Below are positions 28,528 through 38,723 of a stretch of 64,000 nucleotides of DNA, in pieces. Within the stretch, counting starts at the first letter, position 1, and every line of letters begins with the position of its first letter. The notes beneath the pieces were generated by a model. That model was not told where the DNA came from. It saw nothing but the letters and a program-made list of their open reading frames with translations, and ran no database searches. Made by a program: the position numbers and the translations under genes. The stretch comes from Candidatus Latescibacterota bacterium (GTDB lineage: Bacteria; Latescibacterota; UBA2968; GCA-2709665): contig OZ250150.1 of the NCBI GenBank assembly GCA_965237675.1, forward strand, positions 2,400,001 to 2,464,000, given 5' to 3'.

Positions 28528-29310
28528 ATGGCGGATAACTACTCAGGTATTCTCGAAGAAATGACCATCGACCAGGTTCGGGGGTTGAAGCCGGACGTTG
28601 CCGTGATTCCGATCGGGTCAACGGAACCGCACGGCCCGGCGCTGCCCTATGGAACCGATAGCTATCGGGCCGAGGCGATCGCTTACGGCGCCACCCGGAA
28701 GGCGAACAGCCAGGGAGGCCGCGTTGTGTGTCTTCCCACCGTGCGCGTCAGCCTGAACAACAATTTTCGCGCCTTTCCGTTCGCTTGCCGCATGCAGGTG
28801 TCGACGTTTATGGCGATGTTGAAGGACCTGGTGAAGATGTGTGAGGCGGATGGCATCGAGAAGGTGGTATTCGTCAATGCCCACGGAGGCAATCCGGACG
28901 TGATTCGGGCGGCGATGCGCGACCTGGCTGCCGAGGACGGCGCATTCGTCTGCCTCATCCAGGCATCTTCCTGCGCGTCGTTGGAGGCGCGGCAGGTTTG
29001 CGAGAAACCAAGCGACCACGCGGGCGAGGAGGAGACGTCTCAAATGCTCTACTTGCGCCCCGACCTCGTCCATTCGGAAAAGATCGGCGACAATCCGCGC
29101 ATGCAGCCCGCGCTGGAGGTCCTGACGGAGTTTCACGTGGATTTCGTGAGACCCTGGCATCTTTACATGCCGGAATCCGCCGGGGGAGACGCAAGCCGGG
29201 CTTCCCGGGAAAAGGGGAAGATTGTTATCGATTCAAGCATCGACGGCACGGGCAGGTTTCTGGCCGAACTGTCCAGGGCCGACAGGAATCGAGATTTTCC
29301 TTATCCGTAA
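28528..29310 (+). CDS. Creatininase family protein
   Basis: PIGSTEPHGPALPYGTD, NAHGGN, HAGEEETS. Confidence 0.9.
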   Translation: MADNYSGILEEMTIDQVRGLKPDVAVIPIGSTEPHGPALPYGTDSYRAEAIAYGATRKANSQGGRVVCLPTVRVSLNNNFRAFPFACRMQVSTFMAMLKDLVKMCEADGIEKVVFVNAHGGNPDVIRAAMRDLAAEDGAFVCLIQASSCASLEARQVCEKPSDHAGEEETSQMLYLRPDLVHSEKIGDNPRMQPALEVLTEFHVDFVRPWHLYMPESAGGDASRASREKGKIVIDSSIDGTGRFLAELSRADRNRDFPYP

Positions 29311-29386
29311 AGACGGGGCATTCTGTCCTGGTCTGTCCACGACGGGCGCCGTACCCGGGACGGTATTTTTCACACGGTCAACACTC

Positions 29387-29548
29387 GTGTCCCGTCCCAG
29401 AAATATGTTACCATTCATCCACCGATTCATCCCGTCTCGCTGCGTTGCCCTCGCTCGCCGACCTTGCCCAGGTCGCCTCGCTCAGGCGCCTTGCCAGCCG
29501 GGCGACTCGGCGGCCGAATTTTGGCAATCTATTTCCGCGACAGAACAC
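29387..29548. mobile_element. MITE-like element, copy 2 (162 bp)
   Basis: Imperfect TIRs gtgtcccgtcccagaaat and atttccgcgacagaacac; shares ends and internal blocks with 18688-18920. Confidence 0.75.
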
Positions 29549-29559
29549 CGGAGGAGATT

Positions 29560-30657
29560 ATGATCAACTACCAGGACCTGGGGGTAAGACCGTTCATCAA
29601 CGCCAGCGGAACGATTACGACACTCGGCGGCAGTCTGATGCCTTCCGAAGTGCTGGAGGCCATGCGTGAGGCGGCGGGGGCGTTTGTGGATCTTCCGGAT
29701 CTGAACGAAAGGGCGGGCGAATACCTGGCCGGAAAAATCGGCGTTGAGGCGGCATTCGTATCGTGTGGCGCGGCAAGCGGCGTGCAGCTTTCGGCGGCCG
29801 CGTGTCTGACGGGTACGGACGCGGAAAGGGTCCGGGCGCTGCCGCATACGGAAGGCTGGCGGAACGAGTTCGTGATCAGTCTTGTGGATTCCCATTCGTA
29901 CATCCATCAGGGGATCGAGATCTGCGGCGGAAAGCTGGTGCGGGTGGGCAGCAGGACGGAGGTGACGGCCAGGGACATTCTGGGCGGGATCACGGAGCGG
30001 ACGGCGGCCGTGGTCCATTTCCTGGGAACGCAGCGCAGGGCTCAGCTCAAAGAGGTGGTTGCCGGGGCGGACGGCATGGGGGTCCCGGTGGTGGTCGACG
30101 CCGCGGCGCAGCTTCCGCCGAGGACGAATTTGACGGAGGTTGTGGACATCGGGGCGAGCCTGGCGGTCTTCAGCGGGGGCAAGGGTCTGCGGGGGCCGCA
30201 GTGCACGGGGCTGGTGCTGGGAAAAGGGGAGTACGTGGACGCGGTCAGTTTGAATGCCAGCCCCTTCAGTGCGGTGGGGCGTGGAATGAAAGTGGGTAAG
30301 GAAGAGATCCTCGGGCTGGTGGCGGCTGTGGATCTGTTTCTGGCGGGGAGCGACGAGGAGGACCGGACGACCTGGCATCAACAGGCGAAGCGGGTGGTGG
30401 AGGCCCTGGCGGAGATACCGGGCGCTGTGGCGTACCTGTTGGGCGAGGGTCAGCAGGCGTCTCCCGATTTCACCCCCAGGGCGTACGTGGATCTACCCGA
30501 GGGAGAAACCGGCGAGGTGATTCGGGCCATGCGGGAAGGGGATCCTCCGGTGATGGTCCGTGGAAGCGGGAAAGGAATCGTCGTGGATCCGATGACGCTG
30601 GCGCCTGGCGAAGAGGAGATTGTCGGCCGTCGCTTGAAGGAGGTGTTGAGCCGATGA
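29560..30657 (+). CDS. SelA-like/DgaE-family PLP-dependent enzyme
   Basis: INASGTITTLGGS, VDAAA, FSGGKGLRGPQ (PLP Lys), RGMKVGKEE; 365 aa. Confidence 0.85.
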   Translation: MINYQDLGVRPFINASGTITTLGGSLMPSEVLEAMREAAGAFVDLPDLNERAGEYLAGKIGVEAAFVSCGAASGVQLSAAACLTGTDAERVRALPHTEGWRNEFVISLVDSHSYIHQGIEICGGKLVRVGSRTEVTARDILGGITERTAAVVHFLGTQRRAQLKEVVAGADGMGVPVVVDAAAQLPPRTNLTEVVDIGASLAVFSGGKGLRGPQCTGLVLGKGEYVDAVSLNASPFSAVGRGMKVGKEEILGLVAAVDLFLAGSDEEDRTTWHQQAKRVVEALAEIPGAVAYLLGEGQQASPDFTPRAYVDLPEGETGEVIRAMREGDPPVMVRGSGKGIVVDPMTLAPGEEEIVGRRLKEVLSR

Positions 30658-31484
30658 TCGACGCGCATCTGCACATTGGACATCAGGGCAGGAGTCTCGA
30701 GAATACGATCCGGCATATCGAGGGCATCGGCGCGGAGAAGGCCGTGTTTTTGCCGATTGAGACGGGCGACCGCGAATACGAGTGGCTCTCCGAGACGGTG
30801 GCTCAGGCACACGAGCCGTACCCGGACAAAGTCATTCCATTCTGCCACGTGGATGTGACGCGGGAAGACGCGGTTGCGGAACTCGAACGACGCGCAGCAC
30901 TGGGTGTGTTCAGGGGGTACGGGGAACAGAAACAGCACGTGCCGCTGGATCATCCGGGCCTGGAGCGCGTGCTGGCGTTCTGCAACGAGATGCGCTGGCC
31001 CGTCACTTGGCATTTTCAGGAGGGCAGTCGGGGTTACAACCAGGGGATCGAGCATCTGGAGACGCTGGTGCGGAAGTTTCGGGAAATCAGGTTCATCGGG
31101 CACGCGCAATCGTGGTGGGCCAATATCAGTGCCGAAGTGCCCCCGCCGGAGGAAACGCTGTATCCCCGAGGGCCGGTGGTTCCGGGTGGACTGGCGGACC
31201 GGCTGCTGGCCGATTACGAAAACGTCTATGCGGACCTGTCCGCCGGGTCGGGGCTGGGGGCGATCACCCGTGACGAAGCGTTCGGCAGGGACTTTCTGAT
31301 GCGCCATCGGCGAAAGCTGCTCTTCGCCACCGATTGCCCGTGCGCCGACGGACAGGGCGCCGATTATCCGCCGGGGTGTTTTGCGGCGAGGAGTCTGCCT
31401 TTTCTGAGACGGATGGTGGACTATCCGGAAGCGTTGGAGGATATTCTGCATCGGAACGTGGTTCGCGTGATCGGACTGGAGTAA
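30654..31484 (+). CDS. Amidohydrolase family (Amidohydro_2)
   Basis: IDAHLH, FIGHA, ADLSAGSG, LFATD. Confidence 0.88.
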   Translation: MIDAHLHIGHQGRSLENTIRHIEGIGAEKAVFLPIETGDREYEWLSETVAQAHEPYPDKVIPFCHVDVTREDAVAELERRAALGVFRGYGEQKQHVPLDHPGLERVLAFCNEMRWPVTWHFQEGSRGYNQGIEHLETLVRKFREIRFIGHAQSWWANISAEVPPPEETLYPRGPVVPGGLADRLLADYENVYADLSAGSGLGAITRDEAFGRDFLMRHRRKLLFATDCPCADGQGADYPPGCFAARSLPFLRRMVDYPEALEDILHRNVVRVIGLE

Positions 31485-31486
31485 GT

Positions 31487-31580
31487 GTAGGGGCGACCGG
31501 CCGGTCGCCCCTACGTCAAAATGGACGGCCCGCCGCTAGCGCTGTCGGGGAATTTGTAGGGGCAACCCTTGTGGTTGCCC
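31487..31580 (+). repeat. Two GTAG-type REP-like palindromes
   Basis: Perfect 28-bp palindrome gtaggggcgaccggccggtcgcccctac (31487-31514) and gtaggggcaacccttgtggttgccc (31556-31580). Confidence 0.8.
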
Positions 31581-31862
31581 GCCTGTCCGCTGATTGCTGC
31601 TCGCACTCAGGAAGCCGACTTGGTTTGTAACGCAATGCCTATTCGGAGCACTACCAGAGCAGAGCGCGCGGTTCCGTGTCGTTAACCGCCTTTAGCGTTT
31701 TGCCGCACGCTGACTGCTTTTCGCTGACCGCTAATGATAGACGGCTGGTTTCCCCAATGTGCCTTTTTGTCTTGGTGTGAGCTAATTGTCGTTTTTTGCT
31801 GTAAGCTGCCGGCGTCTCGCCGCTTTGCAATTGATATAGTTCGGCTTTCTCACTTCACGTCC

Positions 31863-31929
31863 CGGCGCTGACGTCAACTGATTTGGTTTTTGATTGAAGC
31901 TGACCGCTGAATACTGACAGCTGACAGCT
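31863..31929 (-). repeat. Dispersed heptamer-rich repeat
   Basis: gctgacc/gctgaat/actgaca/gctgaca units; inverted match to 18743-18803. Confidence 0.75.
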
Positions 31930-31956
31930 TATTTTCGGTTCAGCGAAAGGATCCGG

Positions 31957-33408
31957 ATGGCAATCGTAATAAAAGAAATCAATTTGAACGTGCTGAATAT
32001 GAAAGCGCGAATGCCGTTCCGGTACGGGATCGCGACCCTCGTCGCCGTGCCCCATCTGTTCGTCCGGGTGACCGCGGAGATAGGCGGACGTGTGGAGGTC
32101 GGGCTCGCGGCGGATGGGCTGCCGCCCAAGTGGTTTACCAAGAACCCGGAGGCGTCTTTCGAGGATGACCTGGAAGCAATGCTGGCGGTGATCTGTCAGG
32201 CATGCCAACTGGCTCTCGCGGCGGACCCGGCGGAGACCGTGTTTGAATTCTGGCGGGGAATTTACAAGGGTCAGGAGGAATGGGCGGCATCCGGGGCGCA
32301 CCCGCCATTGCTGTGGGCGTTCGGAGTGAGCATGGTGGAGCGGGCACTGATCGACGCGTTCTGCCGGGTACCCGGGACCACGTTCGAGCGTGCGTTGCGG
32401 GAGAATGCGTTCGGCATCCGGCTGGGGGAGATTCACGGCGACCTGCGGGGCGTGGAGCCCGCGGCGATGCTGCCTCAAGGGGCACGCCGGTCAATCCAGG
32501 CCCGCCACACGGTGGGGTTGACCGATCCCCTGACCGACGCGGACATCCCCGGGGACGAACGTGTGGACGACGGGCTGCCGCAATCCCTGGAGGCGAATCT
32601 ACAGGCGTATGGACTGACCCATTTAAAGATCAAATTGTGCGGCGACGCGACGCAAGACCTGGACCGGTTGAAGCAGATTGCCGGATTGATGGCTCGGTAT
32701 TCCGGTTCAGGTTACGCCTTTACGCTGGACGGAAACGAACAATACGGTGAAATCGAGCCTTTCCGTGCGGTCTGGGAGGCGGTTGTGGCGGATCCGTCGC
32801 TGGATCGATTCATGGAGCGGCTGCTTTTTGTGGAGCAGCCGTTAAGGCGCGACGTTGCCCTTGGAAAGGCCGTGGGCACCGCGCTGCGGGAATGGACCGC
32901 CCGCCCGCCGATGATTATCGATGAGTCCGACGGGACGCTGACCAGCGTGGCGGAGGCACTGGAGCGGGGATACGTGGGCACGAGCCACAAGAATTGCAAA
33001 GGCGTCTTCAAAGGGGTTGCCAGCGCCTGTCTCATCGCGCACCGGCGTCGAGAAGATCCGAACCGGGAGTATGTCCTCAGCAGCGAGGATCTGGGAAACG
33101 TGGGTCCCGTGGCCCTGCTTCAGGATCTGGCGGTGGCGGCCTGCCTGGGTGTTGGCCATACCGAGCGCAACGGCCACCACTATTTCGCCGGACTGAGCAT
33201 GTATCCCGAAGACGTTCAGCGGCGGGTCTTCGAACATCACGGCTCGCTTTACCGGCGGCACGAAGCCGGGTTTCCCACTCTGGACGTGAAGGAAGGACGG
33301 CTGGATATCGGCAGCGTGGTCGATGCGCCGTTCGGGTACGGGTTCGATCTGGATACCACGCGGTTTACGCCTCTGGAGGATTGGTCGCCAGCGTCGCTGG
33401 ACATCTGA
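31957..33408 (+). CDS. Enolase-superfamily-like protein of unknown function
   Basis: KIK, LDGNE, VEQP, IDESD, HKNCKG. Confidence 0.7.
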   Translation: MAIVIKEINLNVLNMKARMPFRYGIATLVAVPHLFVRVTAEIGGRVEVGLAADGLPPKWFTKNPEASFEDDLEAMLAVICQACQLALAADPAETVFEFWRGIYKGQEEWAASGAHPPLLWAFGVSMVERALIDAFCRVPGTTFERALRENAFGIRLGEIHGDLRGVEPAAMLPQGARRSIQARHTVGLTDPLTDADIPGDERVDDGLPQSLEANLQAYGLTHLKIKLCGDATQDLDRLKQIAGLMARYSGSGYAFTLDGNEQYGEIEPFRAVWEAVVADPSLDRFMERLLFVEQPLRRDVALGKAVGTALREWTARPPMIIDESDGTLTSVAEALERGYVGTSHKNCKGVFKGVASACLIAHRRREDPNREYVLSSEDLGNVGPVALLQDLAVAACLGVGHTERNGHHYFAGLSMYPEDVQRRVFEHHGSLYRRHEAGFPTLDVKEGRLDIGSVVDAPFGYGFDLDTTRFTPLEDWSPASLDI

Positions 33409-33540
33409 GGATCCTCTTCCGGAGGGTGACGGGTGCGCGATCGGACTGCCACTAAAGCGGGCGATTCCGCGTCCGGTCGGGGTCCTTTCACGGTCCTTAA
33501 ACTGGAATGACGACGATTACCTGATCCCTGGGAGACAGGT

Positions 33541-34926
33541 TTGGGGCAGATCGACTGGAATGCGGTCCGGGAGGAAGTGACGGGATACCTTCAGGATCTG
33601 ATCCGGCTGGATACGACCAATCCGCCGGGAAACGAGATACTTGCGGCAAAGTACCTTGCCGGCGTATTGCGGAGCGAGGGTTTCGATCCCCAGGTAACCG
33701 AGTCGCAACCGGGGCGGGGTAATATTACGGCTCGGCTTACCGGTGGTGGCGAGCCGCTGATGCTGCTGGGGCATACGGACGTGGTGGCGGTTGAACCCGA
33801 CCAATGGCGACATCCGCCGTTCGGCGGACAGGTGCACGACGGATACGTCTGGGGACGCGGTGCGCTGGATATGAAAAATATGGTGGCGGCCGAGTTGATG
33901 GTGTTCCTGCTGCTGAAGCGGCAGGGGATCAAATTGAAGCGCGATGTGATTTTTGCGGCCACGGCGGATGAGGAGGCGGGAAAGGGAGGCCATGGCGTCG
34001 GTTGGCTGCTGGATAACCACCCGGAGCAGGTGGATGCGCCGTTTGTGCTGACGGAGGGCGGCGGCGCGGACTTTCGGGTGGGCGATTCCCGGTTCTATAC
34101 GTGCCAGACCGGGCAGAAGGGGATCTGCAGGTTTCGGATGTCGGCCGCTGGGCGGCCCGGACATGGTTCCAGGCCGCACCGGGAGAATGCCGTGGTGAGG
34201 CTGTCGGAGGCGGTCGCAGCCCTGGGAAGGGCCGTGTTGCCGATGCATCCCTCCACAACGGTCAGGGCGTTCCTGGACGGTATTGCTGACACTCAGGATT
34301 CCGGCACGGCGGACCTGCTGCGAAGCGTCCTGGATCCCTCGTGCAGTGAGTCGGCGCTCGAATCGCTGCCTGTGGCGGGTGAGATGGTGTCGAATCTGCG
34401 CGCGTTACTGCGTAATACGGCATCGGTGACCATGCTGGAGGCGGGACAGAAGATCAACGTGATCCCCGCTGAGGCCACGGCGTGGATAGACGGCAGGCTT
34501 GCGCCCGGGCAGACCGATACGAGCTTCTTCGAGGAGATCCGGTCGCTGATAGGAGACGATGTACGTATCGAGGTGGACCAGTACACTCCGCCGCTGGAGG
34601 CCGGGATCGACTCTCCGCTGTACCGGACCATTGTGGAGGTGATGGCGGATCACGACCCCGGTGCGCGAGTCGTGCCGTCGCTCTCCACCGGAGGAACGGA
34701 CGCCAAACACATCTGCCCGCGCCGCCCGGCGACAAAAGTGTACGGATTCATGCCGCACAGCGGAGCCCCTGGGGAAGAGGAGTGGCAATTGATCCACGGG
34801 CACAACGAGCGTACCTCGGTGGAGAATTTGGGGTTCGGCACGCGGGTGCTGTACGATATCGTGCATCGTTTCTGCGGTGATCGTTGCGGGCCCCGTATTG
34901 CCGGAAACGGACCGGGAGGATTCTGA
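33541..34926 (+). CDS. M20/M25/M40 family metallopeptidase
   Basis: GHTDVV, GRGALDMK, ADEEAG, GGTDAK, HGHNE. Confidence 0.92.
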   Translation: MGQIDWNAVREEVTGYLQDLIRLDTTNPPGNEILAAKYLAGVLRSEGFDPQVTESQPGRGNITARLTGGGEPLMLLGHTDVVAVEPDQWRHPPFGGQVHDGYVWGRGALDMKNMVAAELMVFLLLKRQGIKLKRDVIFAATADEEAGKGGHGVGWLLDNHPEQVDAPFVLTEGGGADFRVGDSRFYTCQTGQKGICRFRMSAAGRPGHGSRPHRENAVVRLSEAVAALGRAVLPMHPSTTVRAFLDGIADTQDSGTADLLRSVLDPSCSESALESLPVAGEMVSNLRALLRNTASVTMLEAGQKINVIPAEATAWIDGRLAPGQTDTSFFEEIRSLIGDDVRIEVDQYTPPLEAGIDSPLYRTIVEVMADHDPGARVVPSLSTGGTDAKHICPRRPATKVYGFMPHSGAPGEEEWQLIHGHNERTSVENLGFGTRVLYDIVHRFCGDRCGPRIAGNGPGGF

Positions 34927-35900
34927 TGCGGGTTCTGGTAACGGACTATGTGTGGGCCGACCTCTCTGTGGAGCAGAGCGTCCTGGACGACATTGGCGTC
35001 CAGCTTGTGGCCGCGCCGGATGGAGAAGAAGAGACGCTTGCGCGGTTGGCCGTGGGCGCGTCTGGCATCATGACGTGCTGGGCACAGACCACGAGACGGG
35101 TCATTCAGGCCGCGCTGCCGGATTTGAAGGTGGTGACCCGTTATGGGGTGGGGCTGGACAATATAGACGTCGCCTATGCAACCGCGCAGAAGATCCCGGT
35201 GGCATACGTGCCGGATTATTGTATGGTGGATGTGGCGGAGCACGCCCTGGCGCTGTTGCTGGCGCTTTCCCGTAAGGTGGCGAGTTTCGACCGCACCGTT
35301 CGCGGGCATGTATGGGATATCCAGGCCTGCCAGCCGCTGAACCGCCTGACCGGGCGGACCCTGGGGCTGATCGGATTTGGTCGCATCGCCCGGGAGGTCG
35401 CGAAACGCGCGGCGGCATTCGGGCTTCGCGTGGTGGCTGCCGCCCCGTCGCTGACGCCGGGGACCGCGGCGGCCTCCGGCGTCGAGGCCGTGACGCTGGA
35501 CGTGTTGTTGGAGACGGCGGATTTTGTTTCGATCCATTGTCCCTCCACGGACCGGACACAGGGTCTGATCGACGCGGACGCTTTGCGACAGATGAAACCC
35601 ACGTCATGTCTGATCAATACCGCGCGAGGCGACATTTTGGATGAGGCCGCACTGGCCGATGCGCTGGAAGCCGGCGAGATCGCCGGGGCGGCCCTGGATG
35701 TGCGGGAAAAGGAGCCGCCGGGTCCGGGCGACCGGCTGATCGGGATGCCGCAGGTGATCCATACGCCCCATGCGGCGTTTTATTCGGCGGAATCCCTGAT
35801 CGAACTGAGGGAACGCGCGGCCATGGAGACCCGGAGGGTCCTGCTGGGACAAGATCCGGAGAACCTGGTGAATCCGGAATACAGGGGCGCCGGAGGCTGA
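34926..35900 (+). CDS. D-2-hydroxyacid dehydrogenase (CtBP-like)
   Basis: RYGVGLDN, GFGRIA, INTARG, ALDV..EP, TPHAAFYS. Confidence 0.9.
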   Translation: MRVLVTDYVWADLSVEQSVLDDIGVQLVAAPDGEEETLARLAVGASGIMTCWAQTTRRVIQAALPDLKVVTRYGVGLDNIDVAYATAQKIPVAYVPDYCMVDVAEHALALLLALSRKVASFDRTVRGHVWDIQACQPLNRLTGRTLGLIGFGRIAREVAKRAAAFGLRVVAAAPSLTPGTAAASGVEAVTLDVLLETADFVSIHCPSTDRTQGLIDADALRQMKPTSCLINTARGDILDEAALADALEAGEIAGAALDVREKEPPGPGDRLIGMPQVIHTPHAAFYSAESLIELRERAAMETRRVLLGQDPENLVNPEYRGAGG

Positions 35901-36006
35901 TGTCAATACGTATGCGTAGGCCGTTCGCGGCGCGGGTCTGGAAAGATCACGTCGCGGATGTGGCTCAAGACGTGGTTCGATTCCCGATCTTTGGAGAGGT
36001 GTCCTG

Positions 36007-37374
36007 ATGTCGGACAAGCCCAACGTTCTGGTACTGATGTGCGATCAACTCAGGAGGCAGGCGCTGTCGATTCACGGCGACCCGAACTTGCAGACGCCCC
36101 ATATCGACGCGTTGGCAACAAGGGGGGTCAGATTTTCAAACGCCTGTTCAACCTATCCGATTTGCGTACCGTTCCGTTTTACGTTCATGACAGGGGAGTA
36201 TGCGCACAGCCGGAAGGTGCCGGGTATCGAATACCGGATGTCGCCCTCGGAATACACGCTGGCCGACGCGTTCAACGAAGCAGGGTACGAGACGGTCTAC
36301 GTGGGAAAGTGGCACCTGGACGGCGGTCATGGGAGAATGGGTTCCGCGCTTGAATGCGGACGTACACCGGTGCCCCGGACCTACCAGGGCCGCTGGGAAA
36401 AGTGGTTCGGATTTGAACTCAGGAACGCGCCGTTCGACACGTATTATTTCGAGGATGACGATCCGGCGCCCAGGCCCATTCACGGATATCAGACCGACGG
36501 GCTTTACGATATTGCAATGGAATACCTTGCCCGGGAGCGGGATCCGACAAGACCGTTTTGTATGGTGATTTCGGTGGAGCCGCCCCACGATCCGTTCGAA
36601 GCCCCCGCGGATCTGCAGTCGGCCTGGGAAGCCAGGGAAATTGAGCTGCCTCCCAATTTCGAGACCCCGGATGACGCGCGGCGCGAGGCATTGGTGCTGG
36701 ATCGCAAGCATTATTACGCAATGGTGGAGAATCTGGACGCCAACGTGAAACGGATGACGGATTTTCTGGCGGCGCAGGGGCTGGTGGAGAATACGGTGGT
36801 GATGTTCGTGTCGGATCACGGTGAACTGGGCGGCAGCCACGGTCTGCGCGGGAAACAGTGGCCGTACGAGGAGTCCGTTGGCATTCCGGTATTCGTCTAC
36901 GATCCCCGGTGTCCAGGCCGCGCGGGTGCGGTGATCGAGGATCCGATCTGCACGGAAGATTTCTTCCCCACACTGCTGGGCCTTGCGGGGCTGTCGCCCG
37001 GAGCGCATCTGATGGGTACGGATCTGTCGCCGTTGATCCATGGAAACGTTGACTCGCTGGATCGCGAAGGTGTTATGCTCGAGTTCGTGGCGGAACTTCG
37101 CAAGGGGATGGCATTCAACAAGTGGGTATGGCGCGCATTCCGCAGCCGGCGTTACAAGTATACCGTTCGGGGCGATAAAATGGGTGCTGCCGCATGGCAG
37201 TTTTTCGATCTGGAAGCCGATCTCTGTGAACAGCGGAATCTGATCGATAACCCCGGCTTCCAGGACGAGATCGCACGGCACCACCGGCTGCTCAGAGAAC
37301 GCCTGATTGAGACCGGCGACCATTTTGTGCTGTTGCCGGCCTTCGGTTGCGAGGGCGTGAACGTGTGGCGATAG
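36007..37374 (+). CDS. Sulfatase (formylglycine-dependent)
   Basis: CVPFR (CxPxR), GKWHL, PPHDP, SDHG. Confidence 0.92.
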   Translation: MSDKPNVLVLMCDQLRRQALSIHGDPNLQTPHIDALATRGVRFSNACSTYPICVPFRFTFMTGEYAHSRKVPGIEYRMSPSEYTLADAFNEAGYETVYVGKWHLDGGHGRMGSALECGRTPVPRTYQGRWEKWFGFELRNAPFDTYYFEDDDPAPRPIHGYQTDGLYDIAMEYLARERDPTRPFCMVISVEPPHDPFEAPADLQSAWEAREIELPPNFETPDDARREALVLDRKHYYAMVENLDANVKRMTDFLAAQGLVENTVVMFVSDHGELGGSHGLRGKQWPYEESVGIPVFVYDPRCPGRAGAVIEDPICTEDFFPTLLGLAGLSPGAHLMGTDLSPLIHGNVDSLDREGVMLEFVAELRKGMAFNKWVWRAFRSRRYKYTVRGDKMGAAAWQFFDLEADLCEQRNLIDNPGFQDEIARHHRLLRERLIETGDHFVLLPAFGCEGVNVWR

Positions 37375-37438
37375 GCACGCACGAAACGGCATACGCGGCA
37401 AACGGACTGCGGATTCCCGATTTGTCCGGTTCGATGAA

Positions 37439-38479
37439 TTATTCGGCCTGGAACCAAGCGCCGAAGGTGGGTTCGTAGGGGGATCGGGCCACGCCCCTCT
37501 CCGTGATGATGGCCGTGACCAGTCGTTGGGGCGTGACGTCGAAGGCGGGGTTGTATACGTTCACGCCTCCAGGGGCGATCTGCCTGCCCATGCCGTGTGT
37601 GATTTCTTCCGGATGGCGTTCTTCGATAGGAATCTGCTCCCCTCCCGAGAGAGACATATCGATGGTGGACAGCGGGGCGGCGACATAGAAGGGGACGTCG
37701 TGTTCCCGCGCCAGAATGGCCAGGCCGTAGGTGCCGATTTTGTTGGCCACGTCGCCGTTGGCGGCAATGCGGTCTGCGCCGACGATCACGCTGTCGATGT
37801 TTTTCTGACGCAGTACGGGGGCGGCCATACTGTCGCAGATCACCGTGACGTCGACACCGCTCTGCTGGAGTTCCCACGCCGTCAGCCGCGACCCCTGCAG
37901 GAGCGGGCGGGTTTCATCGGCAAAGACGGCGACCTGTTTGCCGGCTTCGACGGCGGCATATATCACTGCCAGAGCCGTGCCGTAATCTGCAGTGGCAAGG
38001 CCGCCCGCGTTGCAATGGGTGAGTACGGTGGCGTTATTGTCGACCAGTTCGGCTCCGTTCTTCCCGATTTGCCGGCAGACTTTCCGGTCTTCCTCAAATA
38101 TTTCGTGCGCTTCCCGGAGCAGCCGGTCTCTGATTTCGCGGGGATTCCGACGGGCGATTTCGTCGAGCCGCCTGCCCATCCGCTCCAGCGCCCAGAAGAG
38201 GTTCACGGCCGTGGGCCGGGTGCGAGATAGTCTCTTAATGGCCTTCCTCGCCCCTGAAACGATTTCGGCTCCGGAGGCGAGCGCTTCCAGGGCGCCGATG
38301 ACGACGCCGTACGCCGCGGCCACGCCAATTGCCGGGGCGCCGCGGACCCGAAGGCTCTCAATGGCTTCGGCAACGGTTTCCACGTCCCCGCAGTCGATCC
38401 GAACATACCGTTCAGGAAGAAAGGTCTGATCGATCAGCCGCAGGGAGTTGTTTTCCCAGGTGATGGTTGGAACAGGCAT
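37439..38479 (-). CDS. mtnA: S-methyl-5-thioribose-1-phosphate isomerase
   Basis: VRGAPAIG, RPTAVNL, THCNAG, ETRP..QG.RLT, NKIGTY, NPAFDVTP. Confidence 0.95.
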   Translation of the reverse strand: MPVPTITWENNSLRLIDQTFLPERYVRIDCGDVETVAEAIESLRVRGAPAIGVAAAYGVVIGALEALASGAEIVSGARKAIKRLSRTRPTAVNLFWALERMGRRLDEIARRNPREIRDRLLREAHEIFEEDRKVCRQIGKNGAELVDNNATVLTHCNAGGLATADYGTALAVIYAAVEAGKQVAVFADETRPLLQGSRLTAWELQQSGVDVTVICDSMAAPVLRQKNIDSVIVGADRIAANGDVANKIGTYGLAILAREHDVPFYVAAPLSTIDMSLSGGEQIPIEERHPEEITHGMGRQIAPGGVNVYNPAFDVTPQRLVTAIITERGVARSPYEPTFGAWFQAE

Positions 38480-38513
38480 TGGTGGAGATCGGTCCGGTAC
38501 ATCCGGTGTTTAA

Positions 38514-38723
38514 GAAGCTGTTTTAAGAACCCCGGTGTGTTCCCGAGCGCGAGCGAAAAAGTTCGGTTATGAGGCGCGAGGGGCGCGCAGCGCCGGCGGG
38601 CGAATGCACCTATGAGAGGCGAGGGGCGCGCAGCCTCGACTAAAGATACGGGTGGATTTGACCAACGCAGACCGACGCTTTTGCAGCCGCGCGAAGACCG
38701 CTGGGGGTTTTAAAGACAGCTTC
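38514..38723. mobile_element. MITE, 210 bp, with TAA target duplication
   Basis: TIRs gaagctgttttaagaacccc and ggggttttaaagacagcttc; taa at 38511-38513 and 38724-38726; internal duplicated gcgaggggcgcgcagc. Confidence 0.82.

Noticed and set aside
29560-30657. True selA serving the selenoprotein
   Set aside because: It is only 365 aa, has a DgaE-like motif set and a catabolic context, and has no adjacent selB. It is better read as a SelA-like paralogue.
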